Notes: generated by a model from the sequence alone, not told the origin. A stretch of 64,000 nucleotides of DNA from Candidatus Bathyarchaeota archaeon B26-2 (GCA_001593935.1 LUCE01000019.1:35491-99490); one strand, 5' to 3'. Shown: positions 29,224-39,960, numbered from the stretch's first letter. Made by a program: numbers and translations.

Positions 29224-30180
29224 TTGTCGAGCCCTCCTTTTATCCGGCTCACCATGACCCTCGAAAGGCCCTCACGAGAACTCTCGGCAACCGAGATCAT
29301 CAACATGTCCTTCGACCTCTACTCGTCTAGGTTTATATACTTCTTCATCCCGTTCCTCTTCTCCAACATCATAAACAGCGCCTTTAGGTACGCCTTAGAG
29401 TATCTGATCCTTCCCCGGAACGTCCCAGAGATAGGAGGAGACGTTCAGAGGTTTATGATCGATAACTTCTTGTACCTCCTAGTGTTCTTCGTGTCGATAA
29501 TGTTTGTGTGGTGGGTTACGAGTACCATAGCCAACGGCGTAGCCGTGGAGTACGCAAGCAGCCTACTGGAGAGGGGCGAGGTCGACATCGAGAGGGGGTT
29601 CCTCATCGTGGTATACAACCTCAAAACCCTCTTGGCGGCTGGACTGGTCACAGGCGTCCTAACAGTTCTCGGGCTGCTCTGCTTCATAGTGCCGGGCGTC
29701 ATACTCATGATCATGTTCGCCCTCGTCATCCCCGTCATAGTGATCGAGCAGAGGGGAGCCCTAGAGAGCCTAGGGAGAAGCAGGAAGCTCGTCGACAAGG
29801 GTTGGGGAAAGACTCTAACAGTGATCATCATGACGGGCATCATAATGGTCGTTGTAGGCATCATAGGCGAGATGCTGGGCCTCGTGGTCTACCAGCTGAG
29901 AGACCTCGTATCGGCGGTCGTGATCTCCCTAGCTCAACCGATCCAACCGATAGCCTTAACGTACCTATACTACTCTATGCGCGTGAAGGAACACTTAGCC
30001 GCAGCCCCAATAACTCCAACGGTTCCCGCGGCACCTGAGCCTAAACCAGTGGTCCCCGTTGAGACGTACCCTAGATTCTGTTACATATGCGGTCAGGAGG
30101 TGCCCCCGGACGCCATCTTCTGCCCTAGGTGTGGGAGACAGGTTAGAAGGCCCTCTTCATACCCTCTTAGGTCCACATGA
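29224..30180 (+). CDS. Polytopic membrane protein with a C-terminal zinc ribbon
   Basis: About six hydrophobic helices, a Pro-rich linker, then CYICGQEV...CPRCG. Confidence 0.5.
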   Translation: MSSPPFIRLTMTLERPSRELSATEIINMSFDLYSSRFIYFFIPFLFSNIINSAFRYALEYLILPRNVPEIGGDVQRFMIDNFLYLLVFFVSIMFVWWVTSTIANGVAVEYASSLLERGEVDIERGFLIVVYNLKTLLAAGLVTGVLTVLGLLCFIVPGVILMIMFALVIPVIVIEQRGALESLGRSRKLVDKGWGKTLTVIIMTGIIMVVVGIIGEMLGLVVYQLRDLVSAVVISLAQPIQPIALTYLYYSMRVKEHLAAAPITPTVPAAPEPKPVVPVETYPRFCYICGQEVPPDAIFCPRCGRQVRRPSSYPLRST

Positions 30181-30253
30181 CGCGGCGTTCAAGTTATAAC
30201 TTGCTTCAAGTATAGACCTTTTATGAGACGCGACGAGTTGAGGCGGTGAGGCG

Positions 30254-30583
30254 ATGACGGAAGGATGCACGTTCAACAGAGCCAAAGAGATGGTTAAGCA
30301 GCTGGTGGCTGAGAAGGGTTTTCCACACGACGAGTCAGCTTTGATGCAGAAGCTCCTATGGGCCTTCGTCGAGTTAGGCGAAGCCGCTGACGCCTATAAG
30401 AAGGGGATGAACTGGGAGAAGGTGAACGAGGAGCTCATAGACGTGGTCTTCTACATACTCGACTTCATCGGGATAGTCGAGGACACTCAGGGGATACAAA
30501 TCGACGTTGACAGGCTCTTCCTAGAGAAATGGAAGACGAACATGAACCGTCCAGACAGGTACGGCCAGAGGAGAGGGGTATGA
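30254..30583 (+). CDS. MazG-like nucleotide pyrophosphohydrolase
   Basis: FVELGEAADAYKK and EELIDVVFYILDF (EExxE/D-type metal-binding helices). 109 aa. Confidence 0.7.
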   Translation: MTEGCTFNRAKEMVKQLVAEKGFPHDESALMQKLLWAFVELGEAADAYKKGMNWEKVNEELIDVVFYILDFIGIVEDTQGIQIDVDRLFLEKWKTNMNRPDRYGQRRGV

Positions 30584-31632
30584 AGCCCATCGACAGAGTC
30601 TACGCGGCTCTCTACCATGAGGAACCCGACAAGGTTCCAGACCCAAGAGACTTCGCTGGACTGGGCAGCGTCATCAAGAGAGAGATAATCAAGCAAGGTC
30701 CAGGCTTCAAGATTTGGCGCTCTCCCTTCGGCTCCATACACCTAGACTACGTCAACCCCTCTACCGGAGTCAGCTCCGGAGTCTTCCAACATGGATGGGT
30801 CGACCCGGAGAACTTCGTCTGGTGGTTCAACATAGCGCCGGCCGTTAGGTGGCCTGAAGACCTAGAGCGCATAGAGCAGCCCACCCTCGACTACGAGGAC
30901 CTCAAGAAGGCTAAGAAGCAGGCTGAAGAGATGCATAAGAAGGGATACTTTGTAATATTGAGCCACCACACGGCCTTCGATACTGGATGGAGATTCCTCA
31001 GGGGGCTGAAGCAGTGGCTCACCGACATCGTTAGGGACCCAGCCTTCGCCAGAAAGGTTGTAGAGTTCGGGATAAAGCCTCAGATGGAGATAGCCAACGC
31101 GTACATTGAGGAGGCCCACGTCGATGCAGTCTACGTCTACGGAGACCAGGGGACCCCTGAAGGACCCTTCATCTCCCCGAGGGCTTACAGGGAGATAATC
31201 TACCCTTGGGACCGGAGGCTTGCAGAGGCCTATCACAAGAGAGGCGCCTTCTACTTCATCCACAGCCACGGTTACATAATGCCCCTCCTAGAAGACATGA
31301 TCAGAGCTGGATTCGACGCGGTCAACCCGATAAGCCCCCTATGCCGGATGAACCTAGCCGAGGTCAAGGAGAAATACGGAGATAAGATAACCCTCTACAC
31401 AGACCTCTCCGTAGAGATGCCGCCCGAAGGGAAGATCGACACGTCCCGGTACACCCGCATCCTCTACGGAAGCGACATAAAAGAGAAGGTCGAGGCCTTA
31501 ACCTACACCGTTAGGACAGCGGCTCCTGGAGGCGGCTTCATATTCAACCGCATAGCACGTGGGCACACCGAAGACCAACGACTCTACATGAAGGCGTGGG
31601 AGAGACTGAGGCGATACCCAGTTTCGACGTAA
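30580..31632 (+). CDS. URO-D-fold protein (paralogue 3)
   Basis: YVYGDQGTPEGPFISPRAYRE and FIHSHGYIMPLLEDMIRAGFDAVNP. ATG at 30580 overlaps the MazG stop (ATGA). Confidence 0.6.
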   Translation: MKPIDRVYAALYHEEPDKVPDPRDFAGLGSVIKREIIKQGPGFKIWRSPFGSIHLDYVNPSTGVSSGVFQHGWVDPENFVWWFNIAPAVRWPEDLERIEQPTLDYEDLKKAKKQAEEMHKKGYFVILSHHTAFDTGWRFLRGLKQWLTDIVRDPAFARKVVEFGIKPQMEIANAYIEEAHVDAVYVYGDQGTPEGPFISPRAYREIIYPWDRRLAEAYHKRGAFYFIHSHGYIMPLLEDMIRAGFDAVNPISPLCRMNLAEVKEKYGDKITLYTDLSVEMPPEGKIDTSRYTRILYGSDIKEKVEALTYTVRTAAPGGGFIFNRIARGHTEDQRLYMKAWERLRRYPVST

Positions 31633-31698
31633 CTTACTCTTTGCAGGTCCTCCTTCACAAACCGTAAAGATTAAGTCGTCACCTTCACATGGAAAGGT

Positions 31699-34095
31699 TT
31701 GGGGTCGATGTTTTTGAGGCGTAACCGTCGTGAGTCCCTTCCAAAGTTAACCTTCAACGCGTCCGAGGGAAGACTCTCTTACCTTCTGAATGGCAGGGGC
31801 TTCAGTAACGCGTCCTTCTCCCTAGAGGTTGAGGGCTCCGCCCTGAAACCGGGGGACGCCGACAAGAGGCTTCTCTATCCAAGCAAGATTCTATGCGACG
31901 ACATCGGGGTCAAACGTCGCTTCATAGCGAGATACGTATTCACCAATCCGGAGGTGGAGTGGGAAGTCTACTTAGACAGGTACGTAGAGAGGCCGTACAC
32001 AATCTTAGGTTCTAAGGTTCGGAACAGAGGTAACTCGGAGGTCCGATTGGGTAGATGTAGGCTTCTAGATGTGGAAGCGGAGGAAGGTGGAGGCGTAATT
32101 CTTCAAGGAGACCTCGACAGGGTTACCTTCTTTGTTGAGACGGGAACCCAGAGGTGGAGTAGGGTCAAGAGGATAACGAGCGACGATGGAGAACACGTAA
32201 GCCAGACGATAGGCCACATATACGACCCGGCGGCACCCATCTGCCTTAACTCGAGCTTCGTAACCTTCGACAAGGTCAAGACCGAGGTCGCCGTCAGATG
32301 CGACCGGGAAAAAGAGATCAGCCGCCTAGAAGCCTACTGCAACTTCGACGGCTTCACCCTCAAACCCGGCGTCTCCACACGCGCGGAGAGGCTCCTCCTA
32401 GACCTGAGAGAGGACCCCTACGCCTCCTTAGAAGCGTGGGCCGAGATCGTCAACAGAATCTATAAACCAAAGATATGGGAACGCCTGCCCACGGGATGGG
32501 TCGGATGGGCTTGGGTCGACCACTTCAAGGATAAGCCTTACGAGGAGATCGTCATGGAGAACGTTAAGGCGATAGAGGAGAGGCTTGCCGGCTTCGGAAT
32601 TGAGTACATATGGGTCAGCATCGGAAACTTATGGCGTGACACACCTGGCTTCTGGCTGAGGGTGAACAGGAGGCGCTTCCCCCACGGGTTGAGGTGGCTT
32701 GTGGAGGAACTCAAGAAGAGAGGCTTGAAGCTAGGCCTCTGGTGTGCACCCTTCTGGATACCCGATAAGCCTCCAAGCCTCTTCGAGAAGATGAAGGACG
32801 CGATCCTAAAGAAAGGAGGCGAATGCGTGGTCTACCCTTACGGATGGCCCTACGGCTACTGGTCCACATTCAAGAAGGCGGAGAGGCCTATATTCTACTG
32901 CCTCGACCCGAGCCACCCAAAGGTTAAACGTTGGCTCAGAAAGGTATTCAGAGCCTATAGGAGGATGGGCATCCGCTACTTCATGGTCGACTTCTTGATC
33001 TCGGCTTCGGGTTCAACCCCTGGGACCTACGACTACGACGAGTATTATAATAAGAATCTAGTGAAAGGACCGGAAGTATACCGGGCTGGGCTGGAGGTGA
33101 TACGGGAGGAATCTGGACCCGAGACCTACCTACTCGCCAGCACGAGCCCAACCCTCCAGAACGTCGGCTTGGTTGACGGGGTTAGGGTAGGCCCGGACTA
33201 CGGTGAGGGGAGACCAGTTATACCCGTCGACAGCCCGTATGCCTCCTTCACGAGGGGAGATGGCGCGTACAAGACCTATAGGCCTAGAAACTGGGAACGC
33301 CACAAGTACACTGGCTGCAAGATGGCTGCGAGCTACTTCACCCATAGGAGGCTCTACATAAACGACTCCTGCAACCTCCTAACGGTTGACGGAGACATAC
33401 CCCTCAACGAGGCACAGATCAGTGCAACCCTCTTCGGGATATGCGGAGGCCCCATGATGCTGGGCGACAACATCCCAACGATAAAGCCTGAACGCCTCGC
33501 CCTCATAAAGAAGTGTCTGCCACGGTATCCCGAGATAGCCAAACCCGTGGACCTCTTCACCTCAGTGTACCCAGAAGACTACCCCAAGACCTTCAACTTG
33601 GCCGTTAAGAGGCCTTGGGGATCATGGAACATCCTAGCCATCTTCAACTACGACGAGCCGGAGTTGAACGTCGAGGTCGGGATGGAGAGTTTAGGGCTGA
33701 ACCCGGAGAAGGAATACCTACTCTACGACTTCTGGGACAAGAGGTTCTTAGGAAACGTGAAACATCGAATAACAGTCTCCGTGCCTCCGCACTCGGTTAA
33801 ACTCCTGAGCGTCCACGAGCTGGTGAGCCACCCATGGGTGATCTCGACGGATATGCACATAACTCAAGGAGCGGTGGAGATACTCGACCTGAGATGGAGC
33901 AAAGTGGAAGGAACGCTCTCCGGAGTCTGCGAAAGACCGGAAGGCGAGAAGGGCACCTTGGTAATCTATATGCCCGACGGCTACAGCATCGAAGGCTCCA
34001 GAAACATCAAACCTCGAAGCGTCGAAGACAACATTGTAGAAGCCGAGATCGAATTCAAAGAGCGAACCGTCCGTTGGAAGTTATTCACCGCATAG
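31699..34095 (+). CDS. Clan GH-D (GH36/GH27-like) glycoside hydrolase, putative alpha-galactosidase-like
   Basis: A central (beta/alpha)8-like region with GIEYIWVSIGN and IRYFMVDFL (nucleophile-Asp context), plus a C-terminal beta-sandwich. No signal peptide. Confidence 0.5.
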   Translation: MGSMFLRRNRRESLPKLTFNASEGRLSYLLNGRGFSNASFSLEVEGSALKPGDADKRLLYPSKILCDDIGVKRRFIARYVFTNPEVEWEVYLDRYVERPYTILGSKVRNRGNSEVRLGRCRLLDVEAEEGGGVILQGDLDRVTFFVETGTQRWSRVKRITSDDGEHVSQTIGHIYDPAAPICLNSSFVTFDKVKTEVAVRCDREKEISRLEAYCNFDGFTLKPGVSTRAERLLLDLREDPYASLEAWAEIVNRIYKPKIWERLPTGWVGWAWVDHFKDKPYEEIVMENVKAIEERLAGFGIEYIWVSIGNLWRDTPGFWLRVNRRRFPHGLRWLVEELKKRGLKLGLWCAPFWIPDKPPSLFEKMKDAILKKGGECVVYPYGWPYGYWSTFKKAERPIFYCLDPSHPKVKRWLRKVFRAYRRMGIRYFMVDFLISASGSTPGTYDYDEYYNKNLVKGPEVYRAGLEVIREESGPETYLLASTSPTLQNVGLVDGVRVGPDYGEGRPVIPVDSPYASFTRGDGAYKTYRPRNWERHKYTGCKMAASYFTHRRLYINDSCNLLTVDGDIPLNEAQISATLFGICGGPMMLGDNIPTIKPERLALIKKCLPRYPEIAKPVDLFTSVYPEDYPKTFNLAVKRPWGSWNILAIFNYDEPELNVEVGMESLGLNPEKEYLLYDFWDKRFLGNVKHRITVSVPPHSVKLLSVHELVSHPWVISTDMHITQGAVEILDLRWSKVEGTLSGVCERPEGEKGTLVIYMPDGYSIEGSRNIKPRSVEDNIVEAEIEFKERTVRWKLFTA

Positions 34096-34171
34096 AAAAA
34101 TCTAAAGATAAGGCCGTCCAAGAAATGACGACAGGTTTCTCACGTGATATGTAAAGGCTTAATTATGGGAA

Positions 34172-36349
34172 ATGAAAGAAGGGGCCGCTGAGAAAGGTTG
34201 GAGGCTTGAGGTAGGAGGCTTATTCCTTATGACCGAACGTAAACCTTGGTGGCGCAGTGTTATGACTATAGCTGACCTAGGAAAGATCAGCGTCGAAGAG
34301 GTTCTTAAACTCGACCCGGCTGAGCTCGCTGAGACTAAGCGGAGGCTCGGCTTCAACACCGAACACATAACATGCGGCGACACGTATGGAGGAGTGAAGG
34401 ACGTCTTCTACTTCAAGACTAGCATAGCCCGAGAAGTTCCGAGAGACTTTATAGGTGAGTATATACCCGAAGCCCACAAGAGAGGCATAAAAGTCCTAAT
34501 CTACTACAACGTCCACCGGCTCCATGTGGAGTTCGGCAGAAAGCATCCAGAATGGATTCAGGTCAACGCGCAAGGCAGGATTGTGGACAACCTCTATGGT
34601 TCTGGATGCGCCCCATGTGTAAACTCTCCATACCGCGACTGGTCCTTCCAGGGGATTAGAGACCTAGCAGCCTACGAGATTGACGGAGTCTTCTTGGATG
34701 GTCCCATCTTCGCGCCGGGAGCATGCTACTGCGAGAACTGCCAGACACTCTTCAAAGGAGAGTACGGCGTCGAACTGCCGAGAAAGGAGGACTGGAAGGA
34801 CCCCGCTTGGAGAAGTTTCATAGAGTTCAGGTACGAGAGCATAGCCAGCTACCTGCGAGACGCCGAGAAGGCTTTGAAGACCGTCAGGCCGGAAGCCGTC
34901 ATCTACATGAACTGTACGGGGCTGTGGCCGGCTTGGCCGGCGGCCAGAGACAACCGACGGCTTATGCCTTATCAGGACTTCTTGGGGGCTGAGGGGGGCT
35001 TCCTCTACTATGACTTAAGGGCGACACCGCTCTGGAAGCCGGGGATGGCAGCTAAGCTCCTCGAGACCCAGGCTGGAGGTAAGCCGACCGTCGTCTTCAT
35101 CGCCGGGGCCCACAAGGGCTGGGACACGTATCTGCTCCCCCCGACCGAAACGCGACTCTTATACGCCGACGCGGTTGCGAACGGCGCCAACCCGTGGTAC
35201 GGCATACCTTTGCGTCTGGCTGGGGGGCCTGGCGCCTTGGCAGCTGGTGAGATGAACCGTTTCCTTGTGGGGAACGCTGAGTATCTTGAAGAGACAGTTC
35301 CTCTCGCTCGGGTTGCCCTCTTCTGGTCTTGTAGGACCGCTGATTTTTATAGGGCGAGCGTTCCGGTCACGGACTTCACACCTCAAGGCGAAAGGTTGGG
35401 GAGGCGTGAGGCCGCCGGGAACTTTTACGCGAGTTTCTTGGGGTGCTACGAGGCGTTCGTCAGGTCTCATGTTCCCTTCAACGTCTTAGATGAGGAGGCC
35501 TTAACGCTTGAAACGCTTCGCGGTTACGACCTCTTGGTTGCTCCAAATTGTGCTTGCATCTCGGAGGAGAAGGCTGAGGTCATAGAGGACTATGTTAAGA
35601 GCGGAGGCAACCTCATCGCGAGCTTCGAAGCGTCCAGATACGATGAGTATGGGGACCTCCGCGAGAAGTTCAGCCTCTCCGATGTCTTCGGCGTCGAGGT
35701 TGGGAAGGGAACCTTCGGCCCCATGAGACTCGACTACATGACCGTCGTGGAATTGGAGTCGCCCCTAACCGAGGGTTTAAGCGCTACGCTTCTCCCATGC
35801 CCGGTCTACGGGATAGAGGTCGTTCCGACGACGGCTAAGCCCTTAACGATGTATCACGAGAAGATGCCGGCCCGGTATGTGAAGCTGCCGCCGGTCTCGA
35901 GGAACCCAGCGGTCACGCTCAACGATTACGGGGATGGCAGATGCCTCTACATGGCCGGAAACTTCTTCGAGCACTACTACAACTACCACAACCCGGATTA
36001 CAGGAGGATTGTAGCCAACGCTGTCGGGTTGATGAGTAAAGTCCTCGTCACCTTGGAGAACTGTCCAACCAGCGTCGAGGTTACACTTCGACACCAGCCC
36101 GGGAAGGGTAGGCTCCTCGTTCACCTTGTCAACTTCACGGGTGAGATGACGAGGCCGATGGAGTCCGTTGTAACACTCAGAGATGTAGCCGTAACTTTAC
36201 ACAGATTCCAAGGCTTGAAGAAGGCTAAAGCCCTAAGGTTGGGCAAGGAACTCAGCCTCGAAGACGTCAACGGCGACGTCAAGGTCGTACTGCCACTCTT
36301 AAAAGAATACGAAGTCATAACTTTGGAGCCCTTGGAGGTAACGTTATAA
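34172..36349 (+). CDS. GHL6-like putative glycoside hydrolase with a beta-galactosidase-trimerisation-like domain
   Basis: KVLIYYNVH, DGVFLDGP and CYCENCQ, followed by a class-I glutamine amidotransferase-like middle domain (YDLLVAPNCACI). No signal peptide. Confidence 0.45.
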   Translation: MKEGAAEKGWRLEVGGLFLMTERKPWWRSVMTIADLGKISVEEVLKLDPAELAETKRRLGFNTEHITCGDTYGGVKDVFYFKTSIAREVPRDFIGEYIPEAHKRGIKVLIYYNVHRLHVEFGRKHPEWIQVNAQGRIVDNLYGSGCAPCVNSPYRDWSFQGIRDLAAYEIDGVFLDGPIFAPGACYCENCQTLFKGEYGVELPRKEDWKDPAWRSFIEFRYESIASYLRDAEKALKTVRPEAVIYMNCTGLWPAWPAARDNRRLMPYQDFLGAEGGFLYYDLRATPLWKPGMAAKLLETQAGGKPTVVFIAGAHKGWDTYLLPPTETRLLYADAVANGANPWYGIPLRLAGGPGALAAGEMNRFLVGNAEYLEETVPLARVALFWSCRTADFYRASVPVTDFTPQGERLGRREAAGNFYASFLGCYEAFVRSHVPFNVLDEEALTLETLRGYDLLVAPNCACISEEKAEVIEDYVKSGGNLIASFEASRYDEYGDLREKFSLSDVFGVEVGKGTFGPMRLDYMTVVELESPLTEGLSATLLPCPVYGIEVVPTTAKPLTMYHEKMPARYVKLPPVSRNPAVTLNDYGDGRCLYMAGNFFEHYYNYHNPDYRRIVANAVGLMSKVLVTLENCPTSVEVTLRHQPGKGRLLVHLVNFTGEMTRPMESVVTLRDVAVTLHRFQGLKKAKALRLGKELSLEDVNGDVKVVLPLLKEYEVITLEPLEVTL

Positions 36350-36408
36350 CGATCCCTTTGCTGGGACAGTAAGATTTAACTGTCTTCCGCCTAAAACCCC
36401 CTACCGGG

Positions 36409-37452
36409 GTGTCCTTTATGGACAAGGTTAGGATAGGTTTTATAGGGTGTGGGTCTCACTCCACTGAGAACTTGTATCCGTGCCTCCGGTACATGACCGA
36501 TAAGGCTGAGCTCGTAGCTGTATGCGACTTGAACTCAGACCTTGCCAAGAGGAACGCTAAGTGGTTCGGCTTTGAGAAGTGGTATACCGATGTTGAAGAC
36601 CTCTTGAAAAAGGAACAGTTGGACGCCGTCTTCATAGTTGGTCCCCCTCGGATGCAAACATCTTTAGGAACCATGTGCCTTCAAGCCGGGGTTCATATCT
36701 TCGTTGAGAAGCCTCCCGCGATAAGCGCACGAGAGGCTGAAAACCTCATGGACACTTCGAGGGAGGCTGGACGCTTCGTTATGGTCGGATTCATGAAGCG
36801 TTTCGCGGTGGGTTATAGGCTCGCCAAGCAGATAACTCAGCAACCAGAGTTTGGAGAGGTCGTCCATATAGTTACGAAGTTCGCTAATGGACCTTACGGA
36901 AGCATCTGGGGGATTCCTTCACCCTCAAAGTCTTACCTGATAGGTCAGGCTGTACACCACTTCGACCTGGTTAGATACTTTATGGGTGAGGTGACCAGTG
37001 TCTACGCCAAGCTCTTTGAGCTGGCGGATAAGAAGTTCTCCTTCTCCGTACTTCCAACCTTCGAGAGGGAGAGGACAGGCGTCATGAACTTGAACTCGTG
37101 CCAGTCATGGGCCAAGATAGACGAGTACGTCGAGATAACTGGAGACGAGGCCTTCATATTTGTGGATGATATGGCGACCCATGTTAGGTACTATCCTAAA
37201 TGGGACTGGATAGCCCCCGAAGGCTTCACGGCCGCTAACCTAGGCAACTTCTGGGAGGTACATCATCTACCCTCAAGGTGGAACCAGAGCCGCTACCTTA
37301 GAGGCTACTATGGCGAGGTTGAACACTTCATAGACTCGGTGCTCAGAAAGGAGCGGCCTAAACCCGACATAACGGATGGTTACAAAGCCTTGAAGATAGC
37401 GGAGGCCGTCTGGGAGAGCGCAAACACAGGGAAGACTGTGGAACTTTATTAG
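36409..37452 (+). CDS. Gfo/Idh/MocA-family oxidoreductase
   Basis: Rossmann IGFIGCGSHS and VFVEKPPA. The start may be the ATG at 36418. Confidence 0.8.
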   Translation: MSFMDKVRIGFIGCGSHSTENLYPCLRYMTDKAELVAVCDLNSDLAKRNAKWFGFEKWYTDVEDLLKKEQLDAVFIVGPPRMQTSLGTMCLQAGVHIFVEKPPAISAREAENLMDTSREAGRFVMVGFMKRFAVGYRLAKQITQQPEFGEVVHIVTKFANGPYGSIWGIPSPSKSYLIGQAVHHFDLVRYFMGEVTSVYAKLFELADKKFSFSVLPTFERERTGVMNLNSCQSWAKIDEYVEITGDEAFIFVDDMATHVRYYPKWDWIAPEGFTAANLGNFWEVHHLPSRWNQSRYLRGYYGEVEHFIDSVLRKERPKPDITDGYKALKIAEAVWESANTGKTVELY

Positions 37453-37536
37453 GTTCGCAACTGAGGCTCACGGTTTCGCCCTCTTAAACGACGCTACTTA
37501 AGGTTAGCGGCAGACTGGTTTTCAGCAATATTGCAG

Positions 37537-38775
37537 CTATCTTTGCGTGTATCTGAGCTGACGAGTCAATATCAAAAATGCAAATATTCCTAGGGTTCCC
37601 ATCAAGAGGAAGGCAGGCTTGAATGAGGAGTAAACGTCTATCATGTAGCCTATTATACCGGACCATAACGAGCCGAAGCCGAATCCAACCGTGAAGAAGA
37701 CTCCGACGACGAGGTCCTTGTTGTATCCTTCAGTGACGCTGACAAGGTGTGACTGAAGAAGAGTCGGTAAAGCGAAGCTCGTTAAGCCTAGGAGGAAGAG
37801 ATGCACGGCCAGAAAGAGGTTGGCTGAGTCATATAGTGAGAGTAGATATACCAGAGCTAAGGCGAAAAGAGACGAAAAGGTAGCCATCTTGAGGTGGCCG
37901 ACCCTGTCGGCGTATTTTCCTAGTAGTATGGGGCCGCATACCCCTCCGAGGAGGCCTATTGTGTATGTAAGCCCATAGGCGTAGCCATGTACGTCGAAGT
38001 TTAAGTCATCGGCTAGAAAGAGGGGAATGTAGGTCGTGATTATTCCTAGATCGATTCCTCCGGAGAGGAGGGCTTGGGTTAATATGATTGGGATTACGCT
38101 TGGGGTTTTTATGAGCGTGGCGATGTCCGATCTTAGAGAGGAGGAGATTCTCGAGGCATCGATTTGACTTATGTTTTCATCACCGCTGAGGAACCAGATC
38201 ACGGATAAGCCGATGATAAGGGCGGGTATGGAAAAGACAAATAGCGTCTTCCTCCAACCTAAGGTGGCTACGAGGATTATCATGGCTAAGGGGCCGATTA
38301 TATTGCCTAGATAGGCTACGCCGTAATGTATTCCTATCGCTCTTCCCACAGATTTTTCATCGAACTTTTCGCTTACAATAGCTGTTCCCATCGGATGCTG
38401 GGGAGCAACACCGATGTTTGCGATAGTTCTGAACCCTAAGAAATGGTTAAAGTTCTGAGCAATTCCCGTTAAGAACGTTCCAAGCGAAAGAAGCACGTTT
38501 CCAAGCCCTAGGAGAACGTGTCTCGCTATCTTTCTGCTCGCCACGCTGAATAGAAGCTGGAATATTCCGCCGAAAAGGGATGACGCGGCTATCGCAACGC
38601 CGAATTCCGTGTAGTTCAAGTTCAAACTGGTCATAATGAAGGGAAAGAGTATGGACGTTCCTACGTAGATGTGTTGCATCATGTGCGAGGCCGTTGTGAT
38701 GGCTAAAACGCTTTTTGGGGAACGCATCTTACCAACGTTCACATCCATTTCTTCGACTAACCATCTTTTCGACAT
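37537..38775 (-). CDS. MFS transporter
   Basis: About 12 hydrophobic helices in 412 aa. Noticeably lower GC than the flanking genes. Confidence 0.8.
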   Translation of the reverse strand: MSKRWLVEEMDVNVGKMRSPKSVLAITTASHMMQHIYVGTSILFPFIMTSLNLNYTEFGVAIAASSLFGGIFQLLFSVASRKIARHVLLGLGNVLLSLGTFLTGIAQNFNHFLGFRTIANIGVAPQHPMGTAIVSEKFDEKSVGRAIGIHYGVAYLGNIIGPLAMIILVATLGWRKTLFVFSIPALIIGLSVIWFLSGDENISQIDASRISSSLRSDIATLIKTPSVIPIILTQALLSGGIDLGIITTYIPLFLADDLNFDVHGYAYGLTYTIGLLGGVCGPILLGKYADRVGHLKMATFSSLFALALVYLLSLYDSANLFLAVHLFLLGLTSFALPTLLQSHLVSVTEGYNKDLVVGVFFTVGFGFGSLWSGIIGYMIDVYSSFKPAFLLMGTLGIFAFLILTRQLRYTQR

Positions 38776-39024
38776 TTTATGAGCCTTGTCTATATGCTGA
38801 CCCGCTAATTTAGATTTTTGTATACGTAAACCAAAAATGGAAACTCCTTTTTATTGCCATAAAACAGTTTTATGAATTGTTAATTCTCGTGGCGTAAATC
38901 TACGTGACGCTTTTGCCTCTGTGCAGTGAAAAGGCTAAATAGGGGACATCTGAAGCGTATCAATGCTTTAGAGGATCGGTAACTTATCGGGAAGGTTGGA
39001 TGGATTCTGTTAGGTGGCTTCAGT

Positions 39025-39960
39025 ATGAAGATCGGGGTTAGAGGCTCAAGGTTTACCTTGAACGGAGAGCTGAGGTTCCTCCTTGGGATCAGCTACTATG
39101 GGGCCTTAGGCGCATCGGAAGATTTCATCATTAGAGACCTTTATGAGATGAGGCGTTATGGGTTCAACTGGTTAAGGGTCTGGGCTACATGGTCAGCATT
39201 TGGCCGAGATGTCTCAGCTGTCGATGAGAAAGGAGACCCACATAGACCCTACCTGAACCTTCTCAGATGGATCGTAGAGGAAGCCAACAGGGTTGGCATG
39301 GTTGTGGATGTAACCCTTTCCCGTAGAAACAGTGTAGTCGGCCCGCCCGTCTCAGATCGACTGAAGCGTTATGTCGAGCCGCTGAGACTATAGTCAAAGC
39401 TCTGGAAGATCTTGAGAACTGGTACTTGGATATTGCGAACGAACGTAACATTAAGGATCGTTTCGTTCGAGGAGCTGAAGAGAATCAGTGAGATCGTGAA
39501 GAATCTTGACCCGAGTAGGCTTGTTACGGCATCTCACGCTGGAGACATCACGGGGAGCGACCTCTCTGAATATCTCCAAACTGTTCGTGTTGACTTCATA
39601 ACTCCACACCGTCCCCGCAACGCCGCCTCACCCAGAGAGACCGAGGGGAAGACTATGCTCTATCTCGAGTGGATGGAGAACCTCGGAAGGGTTGTGCCGG
39701 TACACTACCAAGAACCCTTTAGAAGAGGGTTCAGTCCTCGTTCTTGGGAGCCGAGAGCAGAGGATTTCATCCATGATCTAAACGGAGCAATACGGGGTGG
39801 CGCCGCGGGATGGTGCTTCCATAACGGAGATCAACGCGACAGGCCGGACAGGAAGCCGCGCCGCTCCTTTGATCTCAGAGAGAAGAGGCTCTTCGAGCAA
39901 TTGGACGAAGAAGAACTGAAAGTGCTCGATCTCATTTCTCAAGTGGATTCACTCTTCTAA
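39025..39960 (+). pseudogene. Clan GH-A (GH5-like) glycoside hydrolase disrupted by two compensating frameshifts
   Basis: The frame-1 ORF (GFNWLRVWATW, VDVTLSR) ends at TAG 39391. The acid/base motif NWYLDIANERN is readable only in frame 3 (39327-39480). Frame 1 resumes with SFEELKRISEIVKNLDPSRLVTASH. Confidence 0.6.

Noticed and set aside
29508-30038. 176-aa Arg/His/Gly-rich ORF in an alternative frame of the membrane-protein gene
   Set aside because: Its composition is typical of off-frame translation of a hydrophobic-protein gene, and there is no independent start context.
39391-39393. In-frame TAG between the two GH-A ORFs as possible pyrrolysine or read-through
   Set aside because: The conserved catalytic motif is encoded in a different frame across this point, which indicates frameshifts. 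No pyl genes or Pyl-type methyltransferases are visible in the window.
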